In this document: one piece after another, positions 9,171 to 20,300 of the stretch
How the letters are laid out: the number at the start of each line of letters is the position of its first letter
Numbering within the stretch: position 1 is the stretch's first letter
Source: a virus
Lineage: Duplodnaviria; Caudoviricetes
Virus record (IMG/VR): IMGVR_UViG_3300037467_003067
Location: 64,001-128,000 of that record
Length of the DNA stretch: 64,000 nt
Strand: one strand, 5' to 3'
Position numbers and translations under genes: made by a program
Notes under the pieces: model-generated
The model's database searches: none
Told to the model about the DNA's origin: nothing
What the model saw: only the letters and a program-made list of their open reading frames with translations

Positions 9171-9577
9171 GGTCTACTAACAGGAGGTTTTTTAAATTCC
9201 CTGGGTCGTATAAGCATCCCATCTTGGTAGCGAACTCCGAAATTTACTGCTGCGTCTTCTTTCAGTTCCTCGCCCCCTCGTTTGATAACTTCTTCCACCA
9301 TAATATGATAAGATCCGTCGTGCCTTTGAAGGCAAAACCATTCTGGCAGTACATCATGATCCTTTACCCATTGGTCGACATTGGAAGGATCAAGTTTGAC
9401 CACTTTGACGATAGGAGTTCCAAATTTTTCACGACTTGGGATCGATTCAGCATGTATAACCTGAGAAGTCGGGCTTGTTGATGACATTGGTTTTTCTCCA
9501 TGGATTGGTCTATAAAAACAAATACTAACCTTGATGTTATCTTTGTTTTTTAATTTTGTCAACCCCGATTTTACCAT
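9149..9577 (-). CDS. hypothetical protein
   Basis: ORF fills the gap between convergent genes; start uncertain. Confidence 0.55.
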   Translation of the reverse strand: MVKSGLTKLKNKDNIKVSICFYRPIHGEKPMSSTSPTSQVIHAESIPSREKFGTPIVKVVKLDPSNVDQWVKDHDVLPEWFCLQRHDGSYHIMVEEVIKRGGEELKEDAAVNFGVRYQDGMLIRPREFKKPPVSRPMTYREF

Positions 9578-9621
9578 ATAAAACCACAGAAATAGACTAA
9601 ATTAAGGTCAAGGAGTAACCC

Positions 9622-10449
9622 ATGAAACTCAACCTTCCAATATTACCAGCAATTTTAGAATCTAAAAACTTCCTCTTGATCGGTGCCGGGGGCGGTTATG
9701 ACTGGCTCGGAACTTCCCCCATTGCCCATACTCTGTTCTCCCTCGGCAAAGAATGCAAGACCGTTGACCATGCCGACCTGCTTCGGACCAGCGGTGTCAA
9801 GCCCATCAAAAACTTCCTTGCCGCCAAGGTAGAGGAATTCCAAGCGGACTGCATCATCGCAGTAGACGGCGGTGTCGATGCCCTAATGCGTGGCGACGAG
9901 CGCGGTAGCGGCACGCTCCTGGAGGATTCGGTCACGCTCGCAGCCGTCTCGCAACTCTCGGTCAAGCACAAGGTTTTGGCTTGTTTGGGATTTGGCGCGG
10001 AGACCGAGGAAAGACTCAGCCACTATCGTGCCTTGGAGAACATGGCGGCTTTGGTCGCAAACGGTGGGTTCCTTGGGGCGTGCGCTCTCACCTCGGAGAT
10101 GTACGAATACAAGAAGTACAAAGACCGGGCTGAGAAGGCGTGGGAGGGTAAGCGGAAGAGCCACATTCATACGCGAGTAATTTCGGCGGTTGAGGGACGG
10201 TTCGGAGATGATTCGGTCTATGATGGTGTCGAGGCGAACTTGATGGTAGAGGATAAAGAGAGCGAGACTTTCATTAATCCTCTGATGAGTCTGTATTGGT
10301 TCTTCGACTTGATGAAGGTATACGAGCAGAGTTTGGTTGCGAAGGCATTGTTGCCGTCTAATACCAAGACCGATGCGTTTATGATTTACCGTCAGCTATT
10401 GCCGGATTTGATGAAAAATGGTAGAATGTCGCTGAAGATTCCGCTTTGA
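9622..10449 (+). CDS. DUF1152-like protein
   Basis: GAGGGYD, VDGGVDALMRGDE.G.GT..ED, INPLM..YWFF. Confidence 0.75.
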   Translation: MKLNLPILPAILESKNFLLIGAGGGYDWLGTSPIAHTLFSLGKECKTVDHADLLRTSGVKPIKNFLAAKVEEFQADCIIAVDGGVDALMRGDERGSGTLLEDSVTLAAVSQLSVKHKVLACLGFGAETEERLSHYRALENMAALVANGGFLGACALTSEMYEYKKYKDRAEKAWEGKRKSHIHTRVISAVEGRFGDDSVYDGVEANLMVEDKESETFINPLMSLYWFFDLMKVYEQSLVAKALLPSNTKTDAFMIYRQLLPDLMKNGRMSLKIPL

Positions 10450-10495
10450 ATGCGGAAGAACATGATCAGTCTTAACCGAGAAAAACAAGTACGTT

Positions 10496-11128
10496 ATGCC
10501 CAACGACAAGAAACAAGGCGTTTATATTCGGCAACACAAGAATTGGAACACCAAGACCATTTACAACAATGGTCGCGTCATGAGGATTTATCGACATCAA
10601 CCAAAAACAATTTTATTTTCATCTCCCATGGTTTCTGATTTTAATCAGAATCTTTGTGGCGGGTGGACCATGCCTGAACGTAATAGTTATATTGATACTT
10701 ATCAGCAAATGTTTAAAATGGAGAAACCATTTGCCGTACTTCACTATGATGCTGAAGATCGATCTTTGGCAGCAGAGATGCAGGAATTAGTAGAAGAAGC
10801 GGGCATGCTGGCAACGGTGCAGAAGGTGATTGCCCCATGGTGTCAAGGAGGATATAGGTGGGATATCTTGGCATGTCAAGATATGACTGTTGGTGAAATT
10901 GGTGATTTTGATGACTTGGTCTTTGATTATATCGATACAGGACTTAGCGATATTAGCACCATGCGTCAATATAGTGACATGCATCTTTCTGAATTCTTTG
11001 AAAAAGGTTGGGATATCCCTGAAATTCCTTTATGGTTGACCGGACTCATTTTAGGTTATCCTGTCGAGAATACGATTTCTCTTTATTGGGAACATGAGCT
11101 TAAATCCATTTTAGACATCGCAGAATAA
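10496..11128 (+). CDS. hypothetical protein
   Basis: 210-aa ORF in a co-directional run; GLILGYP near the C-terminus; start uncertain. Confidence 0.6.
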   Translation: MPNDKKQGVYIRQHKNWNTKTIYNNGRVMRIYRHQPKTILFSSPMVSDFNQNLCGGWTMPERNSYIDTYQQMFKMEKPFAVLHYDAEDRSLAAEMQELVEEAGMLATVQKVIAPWCQGGYRWDILACQDMTVGEIGDFDDLVFDYIDTGLSDISTMRQYSDMHLSEFFEKGWDIPEIPLWLTGLILGYPVENTISLYWEHELKSILDIAE

Positions 11129-11139
11129 GGGTTTTTGGA

Positions 11140-11361
11140 ATGAACAAGATTAGAACCGAGCAGCAGATCAGGGATGAAGCGAGGCAAATAGCAATGGTTC
11201 ATGGTTGGTCTCAAGATCAACACGACCGATTTCTTCAAGGGATGTTTGCCCTTAATGATCCGGACAACTCGTTTTACCAAGAGATGAAAGTGATCAGAGA
11301 CCATCCGCTAGACGAGGAAACCTACAAGGCGATTTTTTGTGAATCGATTTTTGGCGAATAA
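11140..11361 (+). CDS. hypothetical protein
   Basis: Small ORF packed between neighbours. Confidence 0.6.
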   Translation: MNKIRTEQQIRDEARQIAMVHGWSQDQHDRFLQGMFALNDPDNSFYQEMKVIRDHPLDEETYKAIFCESIFGE

Positions 11362-11377
11362 AGAGTGAGGTATTTGT

Positions 11378-12250
11378 ATGATTAGAGATAAGAAGAAGGG
11401 ATGCATGTACGGGCTTGCCATCGGCGATGCTCTCGGTGCGGCTGTTGAGTTTCGTGATCCGGGTACATTCCCGCCTGTGACAGGTTATCGAGGGAGTGGA
11501 CCGCACGGCATCGAGGCTGGTGCCTGGACTGACGACACGAGCATGGCACTTGCCTTAGCCGATAGTCTTGCTCATGATGGGAGCGCAAAAGACCAACTTG
11601 AGCGATACGTAGCATGGCATCAAGAAGGTAAATATTCGGTGAATGGTTGGTGTTTCGACATTGGCTGTACGACCAAGACGGCGTTGGAAGATTTTGTGCA
11701 GAAGGGGAATCTTCAGGGACCGTCGGAGGAGTGGGATAGTGGCAACGGGTCGATCATGCGTCTTGCACCGCTTGTGATTAAGTTTCATGGTTGTAGCGAT
11801 TTGTATGATAAGGCGGTAGAATCCAGTGTCGTGACACATGGAAGTCGATTGTGTAAATCAGCATGTGATTTTCTAGCTGAATTTCTTGAAGTTTTGATGG
11901 ATTCTTCGCCCGAGGACGATCGCGAAGATATGTTAGAATATGGAAATTATGAACCTGAGATCAACAAGGTGATTCGTTGGGGTTGGCGAGACAACCAGGA
12001 CATTCGGGGGACGGGGTTTGTTGTACAGAGTTTGGAAGCGGCGTTGTGGGCGTTCATGACATCGAACAGTTTTGAGGAAACGGTCTTGAAGGCTGTGAAC
12101 TTAGGAGAGGACTCGGATACGACTGGTGCGGTTGCGGGGCAGATGGCGGGTGCTTATTGGGGGTTTGATGCGATCCCGCAGTCTTTGGTTGATGGTTTGG
12201 CACGCAAGGATATGATTGATCTGTATTTGAACCCGATACTATTGAGTTAA
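11378..12250 (+). CDS. ADP-ribosylglycohydrolase (DraG/ARH family)
   Basis: GLAIGDALGA, WTDDT, GNGSIMRLAP, VNLGEDSDTTGAVAG. Confidence 0.93.
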   Translation: MIRDKKKGCMYGLAIGDALGAAVEFRDPGTFPPVTGYRGSGPHGIEAGAWTDDTSMALALADSLAHDGSAKDQLERYVAWHQEGKYSVNGWCFDIGCTTKTALEDFVQKGNLQGPSEEWDSGNGSIMRLAPLVIKFHGCSDLYDKAVESSVVTHGSRLCKSACDFLAEFLEVLMDSSPEDDREDMLEYGNYEPEINKVIRWGWRDNQDIRGTGFVVQSLEAALWAFMTSNSFEETVLKAVNLGEDSDTTGAVAGQMAGAYWGFDAIPQSLVDGLARKDMIDLYLNPILLS

Positions 12251-12714
12251 AGTAGCTTGATGATTTTTGCTGCTGGAGTTCTGTATTCGATGACCGGAAT
12301 TGGAGGTAGCTGATACGTACGTGTCAGTCTACTGGTCTTGTACGGAACCCCTGCCCAATAATTCTTGGCAGCTTCTTCTAGCACTAGTGGATTGGGATCA
12401 TCGTTGTGTCTGATTCGCAAGTCGATCTCGGTGTACCAGCCTTGATCTGAGCTTTCGACTTTCCCTTGTGGTTCGACCACGTAGATATAGTCTTGGTAGC
12501 CGCCCAACTTGCCGATGTCTTTGGTCTCTTTTGCCATGTAGATAGATTGAGCTCGCGGGAGCATGTTAGCCGGTCGGTATTTTTCGAGTATCACCTCGAC
12601 CGGATGTCCTTTGGTGTAACGGGCGGCGTTTGGTACCAGGATAGTGCCTTCGGGCAATTTCTTTGTCGATCCGTGATAGAAAAGGCTCTCCCACTGTTTA
12701 AATGAACTAACCAT
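12247..12714 (-). CDS. Arr-like ADP-ribosyltransferase-fold protein with capsid-targeting-like N-terminus
   Basis: FYHGS...G.IL.P, IYM, YIYVVEP.G; N-terminus MVSSFKQWES. Confidence 0.6.
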   Translation of the reverse strand: MVSSFKQWESLFYHGSTKKLPEGTILVPNAARYTKGHPVEVILEKYRPANMLPRAQSIYMAKETKDIGKLGGYQDYIYVVEPQGKVESSDQGWYTEIDLRIRHNDDPNPLVLEEAAKNYWAGVPYKTSRLTRTYQLPPIPVIEYRTPAAKIIKLL

Positions 12715-12874
12715 ATTTGTATTTATTTAGATTAAGGTTTTTGTTTCATGTCTTGGCGAGCTTGTTGTAGTTATTCTTTTATATTTTGCCGCATATATAT
12801 AATGTTGTGGTTTGCGAATTAAGGATGTTAGGCATCTTGATGACGTTTCGAGGGTACCAGCACAAGGCTACAAC

Positions 12875-13471
12875 ATGTTTCATCTTATTTTATTTAATCA
12901 AAATGTTTTTGGGCAATCTGCCCAAGCGTTTTATACTCTTTTATCACCTGGTTCAAATTCATCTCTTACTTCCGTGCCATCTGAACCATTTACAGTCGTG
13001 GTCTCGGGCGAACTCTTAAAAGATTTGATAATTACACCCAATGACGGTGGGCATTCCGGAGAATTCACTCCGCGTACGGTGAAGCTTACGAATGATTCCA
13101 CTTCGGCAACGTTTACCTACACACCGAGGCAATGGGGGTCTTTTAAAATATCAACCACCAACAACAGTGGTTTATTTAATCCGCATTCGGTCGAGTATAT
13201 TGGTTTAGTTAGGGATGCCCAAGAAGGAATTTATCCGAAGATCACTTTCCGAGTAAAAACTGCGATTGATTTCTCTTTAGAATCTTCGCCTTTATTTGAT
13301 CGAGTAACACAGGCATATCAATTAAGTTTAACGACTTATTATGTTCCAGAATATCCGATGGCATTGCATCCAGGTGACACCTTTACGCTTTATGGAATTG
13401 AGGCAGTTCGGGTGAAGAGAAATTATATCGGAGTCTCCAACTCGTTCTTGGAAATCGTATCGGAGGTTTAA
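12875..13471 (+). CDS. putative virion protein consisting mainly of the shared 179-aa C-terminal module
   Basis: Colinear with the C-termini of 17319-22487 and 28774-29658; ATG 12875 chosen by similarity to the 28774 N-terminus. Confidence 0.7.
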   Translation: MFHLILFNQNVFGQSAQAFYTLLSPGSNSSLTSVPSEPFTVVVSGELLKDLIITPNDGGHSGEFTPRTVKLTNDSTSATFTYTPRQWGSFKISTTNNSGLFNPHSVEYIGLVRDAQEGIYPKITFRVKTAIDFSLESSPLFDRVTQAYQLSLTTYYVPEYPMALHPGDTFTLYGIEAVRVKRNYIGVSNSFLEIVSEV

Positions 13472-13520
13472 GGCGAATGAAGTTGAAGGGAGATGTGATT
13501 TAGTTATTCTATATACCTTT

Positions 13521-14018
13521 ATGGTATTGTCTTTTATGGAATGGCTACAATTGCGTGAAAGTCGCGAGTGGCAACCTGGTCTTGGGACGAAGGACGAGAT
13601 TTATCGTCGGATCACGACGACGGGGATACCGGCTCGTCGCGGGACCAGAGCTAATCAGTTTAGCAAGTCGTATGCCACCGATCCTGGTGATTTTGGTCGA
13701 GGGATATACTACTCGACCAACTTCTACCGAGCCAAGCAGCATGGTGATGTCACTAAATCGGTTCTGAGGCTTAGGAATCCGATTGTGTTGACGGATGAGG
13801 AGGCGTATCGTTTCGCGGCTCAATTCCATACGGTCAAGTTGTCGGATGAGGATTACGAGAGCATAAGAGATCCTCGCTTGCGTGTCGAGAAGATGGTGGC
13901 GAATGCGATGGAGTTGACCAGGTATTTCATTGGGCTTGGTCACGATGGGTTGGTTTGTATCCACAAGCGGGGCGAATTGGAGATGGTTGATTTTTCGCCT
14001 TATCTTCATGCTAAATAG
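13521..14018 (+). CDS. ADP-ribosyltransferase-like protein with capsid-targeting-like N-terminus
   Basis: GDFGRGIYYST...A..HG, LRNP, GHDGLV, E.V.F motifs; MVLSFMEWLQLRES. Confidence 0.6.
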   Translation: MVLSFMEWLQLRESREWQPGLGTKDEIYRRITTTGIPARRGTRANQFSKSYATDPGDFGRGIYYSTNFYRAKQHGDVTKSVLRLRNPIVLTDEEAYRFAAQFHTVKLSDEDYESIRDPRLRVEKMVANAMELTRYFIGLGHDGLVCIHKRGELEMVDFSPYLHAK

Positions 14019-14021
14019 GGT

Positions 14022-14315
14022 ATGAAAACATTTACCGAATGGTTGGATTTGCGAGAAATGAATGACCCTGACCAACCGACTTTAGCGTATGATAAGATGT
14101 GGAATGCGGCATTTTGTCCTGAGTGCGCCCGCATGGCGTTAGCGGGGGAGATGCCACCTGAATTGGCAGACGATCCTTATGTGGTCAAGCCTGGAGAAGT
14201 GGTTCCTATCTCTCTTAATCAGTTGAGGGATCTTTGGGCGAATGAGCAGATGCCGCGATGTATGTGGTGTGATCGTCCATTGTGGAAGCCTATGCCGCGT
14301 CCGAGTGTTAATTGA
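14022..14315 (+). CDS. small Zn-binding protein with capsid-targeting-like N-terminus
   Basis: MKTFTEWLDLRE; CPEC and CMWC. Confidence 0.7.
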   Translation: MKTFTEWLDLREMNDPDQPTLAYDKMWNAAFCPECARMALAGEMPPELADDPYVVKPGEVVPISLNQLRDLWANEQMPRCMWCDRPLWKPMPRPSVN

Positions 14316-14870
14316 TTATTGGTTGGTCATAATTGATTTTAGAGCAGCTTCATAAGCGGCTTGCCATTGTGGTGGTAGCTCGTATTCGAGCGCCGCTTGT
14401 GGTGAGCCGCTTTCGACGATTGTATCGAGGATAATTTTGACGAGTTGGTGTAGTCGCTCTGTGTTGATGTTTGGGATAACGGCTTTGATTGCCTGCGTCA
14501 TCTTTGGGACATTGTAGAGGTTTTCTAGGTCTACGATGCGGTAGATCGGGGCTTGTCTGATACGGAGCATCCTGAGGGCTTCGAGCCGGTGTTGTCCTTC
14601 GACGACGTTGTTTTGGTCATCGACGATGAGTCGTTCGATGTATCCTTTGGGCGACTTGATCGCGGCGGCGAGGTCTTGGACTCGTTTTAGTTCTCTTGGG
14701 TCTCCGAGTCTGACACCACCTCGGAGTTGGCTTGTGGGTACGGTCTCGTTACCTTTTGCCATTCCGTAGTAGTAGCTGGCATCGATGATGTTTTGAACAT
14801 CGCATTGCGGTCGGATGACTCTGATGCTTTCGGTGAGCAGTTGATTTTCCAGCCATAGTTTGAATTGCAT
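14316..14870 (-). CDS. ParB/sulfiredoxin-like domain protein with capsid-targeting-like N-terminus
   Basis: LIVD...VVEGQHRLEAL; MQFKLWLEN; SD GGAG. Confidence 0.7.
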   Translation of the reverse strand: MQFKLWLENQLLTESIRVIRPQCDVQNIIDASYYYGMAKGNETVPTSQLRGGVRLGDPRELKRVQDLAAAIKSPKGYIERLIVDDQNNVVEGQHRLEALRMLRIRQAPIYRIVDLENLYNVPKMTQAIKAVIPNINTERLHQLVKIILDTIVESGSPQAALEYELPPQWQAAYEAALKSIMTNQ

Positions 14871-14883
14871 ATTAGTCTCCGTT

Positions 14884-16017
14884 TTACTCTTCACTGAAGT
14901 CTCGAAGCGGAATGAAGTTGACGCCGATGCTTGCTAGGTAGCCTCGGTTAGCTTGAACGAGGACCGTTTTGAAAGTGTCTTTCTGGGGATAGGACAGTTT
15001 TAGCTCGCCTTGTTGGTCCATTTGTTGTACTCGTTTTACATCGTCATCGGAGACCACGGTATAGCCATCGGTGTAGTACGTTTGCCCGTTGATAGTGAAT
15101 TGGAAGTATTCATCCATGGAGTATTCGGAAGTTTTCAGCGGCTCGATGGATTGGGCTTTGTTTCTTAAGGCGTATTTGAGTCCGAGCAATTTGGATTTGG
15201 ATTTATTGGTATCGAATCTTGCGCCGAGGAAGTTAGCTAGGTCGATAACGTAGTCATGATATTGCGGCTTGACTGCGGTGCTGCCTGCGCATTCGTCGCC
15301 ACTGATTCGTTTTTCATTTGGCGAATAGGTTACCATGACGTGCGGCTTGTTATTGGGTCCGAAGAGCGTGAGGATGGTACGGTCCTTGTCATGGCTCATG
15401 AGACCGACGCTGCCACAATTCGACATTTGCCTGGAGAGGAGCGCCGATCTCTCTCCGGTGTCGATCCACTTGAAGCCGTTGGGATAGACCTTGATGGGCG
15501 TAGTTTGGTCGAAGTGACGACGGCGGTCGTATTTGACGGCGGCGTCTTGGAAGTTCAGTTTCTTATACGGGGCGATGTCGGTGAGTTTACCGCTGGTGAT
15601 ATCCTGGATCAGTCCATAGTAGGTGAAGAACACATAGTCGAAGAATTTCTCATGAATCATCTTGACCAAACGTTGGCGTTGGTTATTGAGGAATTCTTGG
15701 TCGATTTCGTCATTTGGGAGTCGGTATTCCATTCTCTCGGCGGCTTGGCGGAATGTCTCTGGGTCTGTAGTGGCTTCGTAGAGATAGGTTAGTTCATAGA
15801 GCGACAGGTACTCTCTGGGGTTCCAGGTTATAATCCGCCACCAGTCTGGGTTTTCGGCTTGGGTTCCGATGGCTCGGTATTGCTTGTACCATTTGGCGAT
15901 GAGGGGCGCGAGCTTGCCGTATTTCTCGTAGAGAATCTTGGAGATGATCTCGGGGAATCCCATCCTGACTATGGTTTGTTTGGATTCTGTTAGGAGGAAC
16001 CAATTGGAAAATCGCAT
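14884..16017 (-). CDS. PcfJ-like domain protein with capsid-targeting-like N-terminus
   Basis: NGFKW...MSNCG...ILTL....PHV, paralogous to 35363 and 46207; MRFSNWFLLTES. Confidence 0.6.
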   Translation of the reverse strand: MRFSNWFLLTESKQTIVRMGFPEIISKILYEKYGKLAPLIAKWYKQYRAIGTQAENPDWWRIITWNPREYLSLYELTYLYEATTDPETFRQAAERMEYRLPNDEIDQEFLNNQRQRLVKMIHEKFFDYVFFTYYGLIQDITSGKLTDIAPYKKLNFQDAAVKYDRRRHFDQTTPIKVYPNGFKWIDTGERSALLSRQMSNCGSVGLMSHDKDRTILTLFGPNNKPHVMVTYSPNEKRISGDECAGSTAVKPQYHDYVIDLANFLGARFDTNKSKSKLLGLKYALRNKAQSIEPLKTSEYSMDEYFQFTINGQTYYTDGYTVVSDDDVKRVQQMDQQGELKLSYPQKDTFKTVLVQANRGYLASIGVNFIPLRDFSEE

Positions 16018-16039
16018 AAAGTATTTAGTTGTTTTAGTT

Positions 16040-16768
16040 TCAAAGTTTGAAATAGGTGTGGATTGTTTCGCTTAACCTTTTTGGGTCAGGATTTTCCAGA
16101 CCAATTCCCATGCAGGGGATAGCGATTTCGTGATTTTGAAATACAGCGTGAAAGAAATTTGGTCGATAGATGGCGATATTCCTAACGCCGAGAATATTAC
16201 TGAGGTGGAGCATGGAGCTATCGATGCAGACAATGCCGGATGATCCTAGTAGAAATCTGGCGGCGTTGATCCAATTGAGTCGGATTTGAGGAACATCGAG
16301 ATAGGATGGGTCGTTGGGACCTCCTATTTGTGCTACTTTTCGATTTCCGAAGTCAATATTTTTCCAATGTTGGTATCTTTTAAATTCGTATATTGTATGG
16401 GGGTGGCAAAGGATGGCATTGTGCTTGGGGATGGTGCCGAGTCGGTTGATGGCTTGAATAGAGAGTGTATATCGGGAGGGGACATTTAATATGCGGGCAC
16501 ACTTATCCACATAACTTTCAGTCCAAGCAGAATGGCTGTTTTGTCCATGTATATTACAAGTGAAATCATTGATTTTGTAAGATTGAAATCCAATTTTTTC
16601 GACATTAGGCAGCAAGGTTTGGATGAGGATTCCAAATGAGCCATCATTAAGCCACCAGGACAGTTGTAACTGGATCGGCTCTGCGAATCTTTCGATCAGG
16701 GGCAGCCAAGCGATTGCATCTCCATAACTACCTCGCAAGACAAGTTGTTTCATGATGTGGGTTTCCAT
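16040..16768 (-). CDS. glycosyltransferase family 9-like protein
   Basis: GSYGDAI, QIGG, IVCIDSSMLHLS..LG. Confidence 0.7.
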   Translation of the reverse strand: METHIMKQLVLRGSYGDAIAWLPLIERFAEPIQLQLSWWLNDGSFGILIQTLLPNVEKIGFQSYKINDFTCNIHGQNSHSAWTESYVDKCARILNVPSRYTLSIQAINRLGTIPKHNAILCHPHTIYEFKRYQHWKNIDFGNRKVAQIGGPNDPSYLDVPQIRLNWINAARFLLGSSGIVCIDSSMLHLSNILGVRNIAIYRPNFFHAVFQNHEIAIPCMGIGLENPDPKRLSETIHTYFKL

Positions 16769-16821
16769 TCGGAAAATTACATAGAGTATTTAATTCTATA
16801 TAGTTGAAATCTAAATAGGAT

Positions 16822-17193
16822 ATGGATTTCAGGATGTGGCTGGTTGAGAGCGAAGGCGTGATCCATGTTCCGTTGTCTAAATTGGTCTTGACCAAGAGCG
16901 AGTTACAGGCGGCGGTAGAGAACATCACGCGGGGTTATCCGGCGATGACGGAAGGACCTGTTTTGGTCGTGGATATGGGGCGTGGTTTGTATCAGTTGGT
17001 GAATGGATATCACCGGCTGATACCGATGATGTTGTCTGGTGCTGACAGTGTACTGGCTTTGGTTGATGTGTCGGCTGGAAAGCGACCGTGGGGGCTTCCG
17101 ACACGGTCCGATCGGTTTCGCTATGATCCGTCTTTGCCTTACAAGGGTTTGGAGACGTTCTTGGAGCCATATATGTTGCGACGGCTTGGTTAA
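16822..17193 (+). CDS. ParB-like domain protein with capsid-targeting-like N-terminus
   Basis: PVLV......YQLVNGYHR; MDFRMWLVESE. Confidence 0.65.
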   Translation: MDFRMWLVESEGVIHVPLSKLVLTKSELQAAVENITRGYPAMTEGPVLVVDMGRGLYQLVNGYHRLIPMMLSGADSVLALVDVSAGKRPWGLPTRSDRFRYDPSLPYKGLETFLEPYMLRRLG

Positions 17194-17318
17194 GTTGGAA
17201 TTCATGAAATAAAAGCGGAAACAAACTATTTGGTGGTGTTGGCGACGAAAAGAGTTTATTCGATAAATTCCGTAGGTTTTATTGTTTGTTCACATATTTT
17301 AATTAGGTATATGTTTTT

Positions 17319-20300
17319 ATGAGCTATGAATCAGTAATACTTACAGACTCGCCAGATGGTTGTTGGCCACTTGACGACGCTTCGGGGACATCCGCCCATG
17401 ACGTAAGTACGAGCAATCTTCCTGGTACATATACTGCCCCTTTTACACTCGGGCAAACAGGGCAAATTTCTGGTCATACGGCTGTCCATTTTGGAGATGG
17501 AGGGAAAGCCACATTTGATGGCAAGAGTTATGCAGCCAATGCTAATTACAGCCTTGAGGCATCATTTTATTTGTCTCAGGTGATAGCTACTGATCTTACA
17601 GTATCATTGATTTCAGTCGGTGTTCCTAATGTCGTGCTTTTCGATTCAGCACGAATTGCAGTTCGTGAGGTAGGTGGAAATGGAGATATTCTCCTGGTCG
17701 GATCTGGCGTGCAGCTTGGTTGGAACCATCTAATTCTAACAGTAGATAGCGGAAAGGTATTTACACTTTATCTCAACGGTACACAAGTAGGGTCGCATTC
17801 AGGAACAGCAACATATACAGATAGTAGCATAAAAGTTGGAGGCAATACTGGTGTAAATTTTGGTTATGCCGACACTTTTCAGTATGCCGTCCATTATCCA
17901 ACAGCATTGAGTTCGACTCAGGTCACTAACCATTACAATGCGTTCATCACACAGCCTCCTGGAATACCAACGGGTTTGACCGTTATACCTGGAGACACAC
18001 AGGCATCTTTAAGTTGGACTGCAACAACCGGAGCGACAAGTTATAACATTTATCGCTCAACCACGAGTGGTGCGGAAGTACAGATTCAGACTGGTGTTTC
18101 GACCAATTCATATAATGACACAGGATTAACCAACGGCACAACTTATTATTACAAAATCAATGCAGCCAATACCGCTGGTGAGAGTGGTTTATCGAGTGAA
18201 GTTAGTGTGGTTCCTACTAGTGTTGCTAGTCTTTATACAGTAGTTCCAGCGTCATCTAGTTTATCGCCAGGCGCAACTGATGTGTTCACCTTTACCCCAA
18301 ATGGCAATACTACAGTTACAGTGACTCCCTCTGTAACTGGAGGTGGTTCATTCAGCCCATCGACCATTACGTTTGACGGTGCGGGTTCATCCGAAACTTC
18401 GACATTTACAGCCCCGACAAGCGGCTCTACAGTAACGATTTCGTATACGAACTCGGGATCACTCACTGACCCTGGAGATACTACGCTTACCATTCTAACG
18501 CCATCGATTAGTGCTCCGACAGCAACATTGGTCTTGGCGGGTGCTGTCGTATTGACTTGTCCGATGGCAACAGGTGGAGCGCCTCCATATCGAACTTACC
18601 AATTCCAACGGTCTGATGATGATTCTACGTTTACGAACATAGGAACTGGAGATGTTCACAGAAAGTATACGGATATCACAGTTAGTGCTTCTACAACTTA
18701 CTATTATCGTGTTCTAGTGACTGACGATGGTGGTGGTAGCAATTGGTCTTCATCGATTTCGATTGCGACACCAGCTTCTACGGCAGGTAATACGATTCAG
18801 TGGTTGCCCGATGAAGTGTCTCATGCCACTGATTTGGCAGTTGCGAATGATGTTATACAATGGCAGTCGCTTAAGTCATATTTGGATTCTAGGCTAAATG
18901 AACCAGTCTCCAGTTACATATATTCAAACTATCAAGGTAGCGATTTAGATGCTGCTGCCAATAACGCTCTAGCTTACATCTCCTTGGTTGGGACTGATTC
19001 CACAACTGCTCAAACTTATGCGGACAAGGCAATCGCTGCCATGTTGAATGGTGCGACTGGCATTCAGCGGACTTTTTATTCGTGCATTCAGTTTAACGCT
19101 AGAGGTGATGGGACCACAACAACGTTTACCATTCCAAACTCGGATTACCTCTCAGCTTCTCTCAAGGTATTTCTAGTTCCTGTTGTAACCGAGACGATTA
19201 CAAAAGGATCAGATAATGGACAAGATTCATCTAATCTTGCAGGGGCAGTTTTTATAAAGGTATCTAACACAAATGACGGTCCGTCCGATTATATCAAGGA
19301 TACGGATTGGCAACAAGATACTTTTAATTATAGAGAAGATAAAATCGATTGGTCGTTAGCACAGAGTCAACCGATCACAGGCAGCACCTATTATTTGACT
19401 TCTGTTGATCTTGCTTCTACTGGCAATAAACTTACAAGTGGATTTACTGTCAGTGGCAATACAATTACCTTTGATACTCCTCCCGCAACGAACCAAGCGG
19501 TCTGTTTGGAATATGTCTATGGCACACATGCAGGTAATTATTCTACTTTAGCTTATCAGCAGACAACGAGTGGAAATGGTGGGGTATCTAATGCATGGGT
19601 AGATGGTCCTGGCTATGTCACTCGTTCGTTGCAATACATAGCCTACGCTTATGATTGGATGTGGAACTATCCAGGATTTTCTTGGGCGTTAAAAGCACAG
19701 ATTGGTAGTGTATTGGTAAAGTGGTCGGATTTTGCTAGAGACACAGCTTATGCTGCGAATGCTCCAGCGAGCAACTATGGTGCTGGTCACATCGCCATGC
19801 GAACAGCGATTGCTTTAGCTCTCAAAAATAGAGAATCTGTTAATTCGAGTCGCTTGCTGACCGAAGTCACCGACTATTACACCAATCTCGTCAAGCCAAC
19901 ACTTGCTGCCCCAACCGGAACTGTCGGTAGTAACAAAGATGGTTTTTGGTCGGAAGGCTGGAATTACGGAGCATGGGCGACAGAGAACATCATTTTGGCG
20001 GCTCTAGGAGCCGAAGAAGCTGGACTATACACGCCGACCGATGTCCACGCTTGGAGCAACGAAGTCATTCGTGCTTTGATAATTCAACAACCTACACAAA
20101 CTACAATTTTGGATGCTGGAGACGGCTACCAGTATCCTGAGCCATTCCCGTCTAAAGCAATATTGTATTTCACGAGTTATTATGCTACAGACACCACTTT
20201 GAAGTCATATGCGAACTATATGATTCAAAATTATACAGGGTCGCAAATAAGTGGTTTCAGGGATGTTATGTTCCGAGATCCATCGGCAACTGCTGCATCT

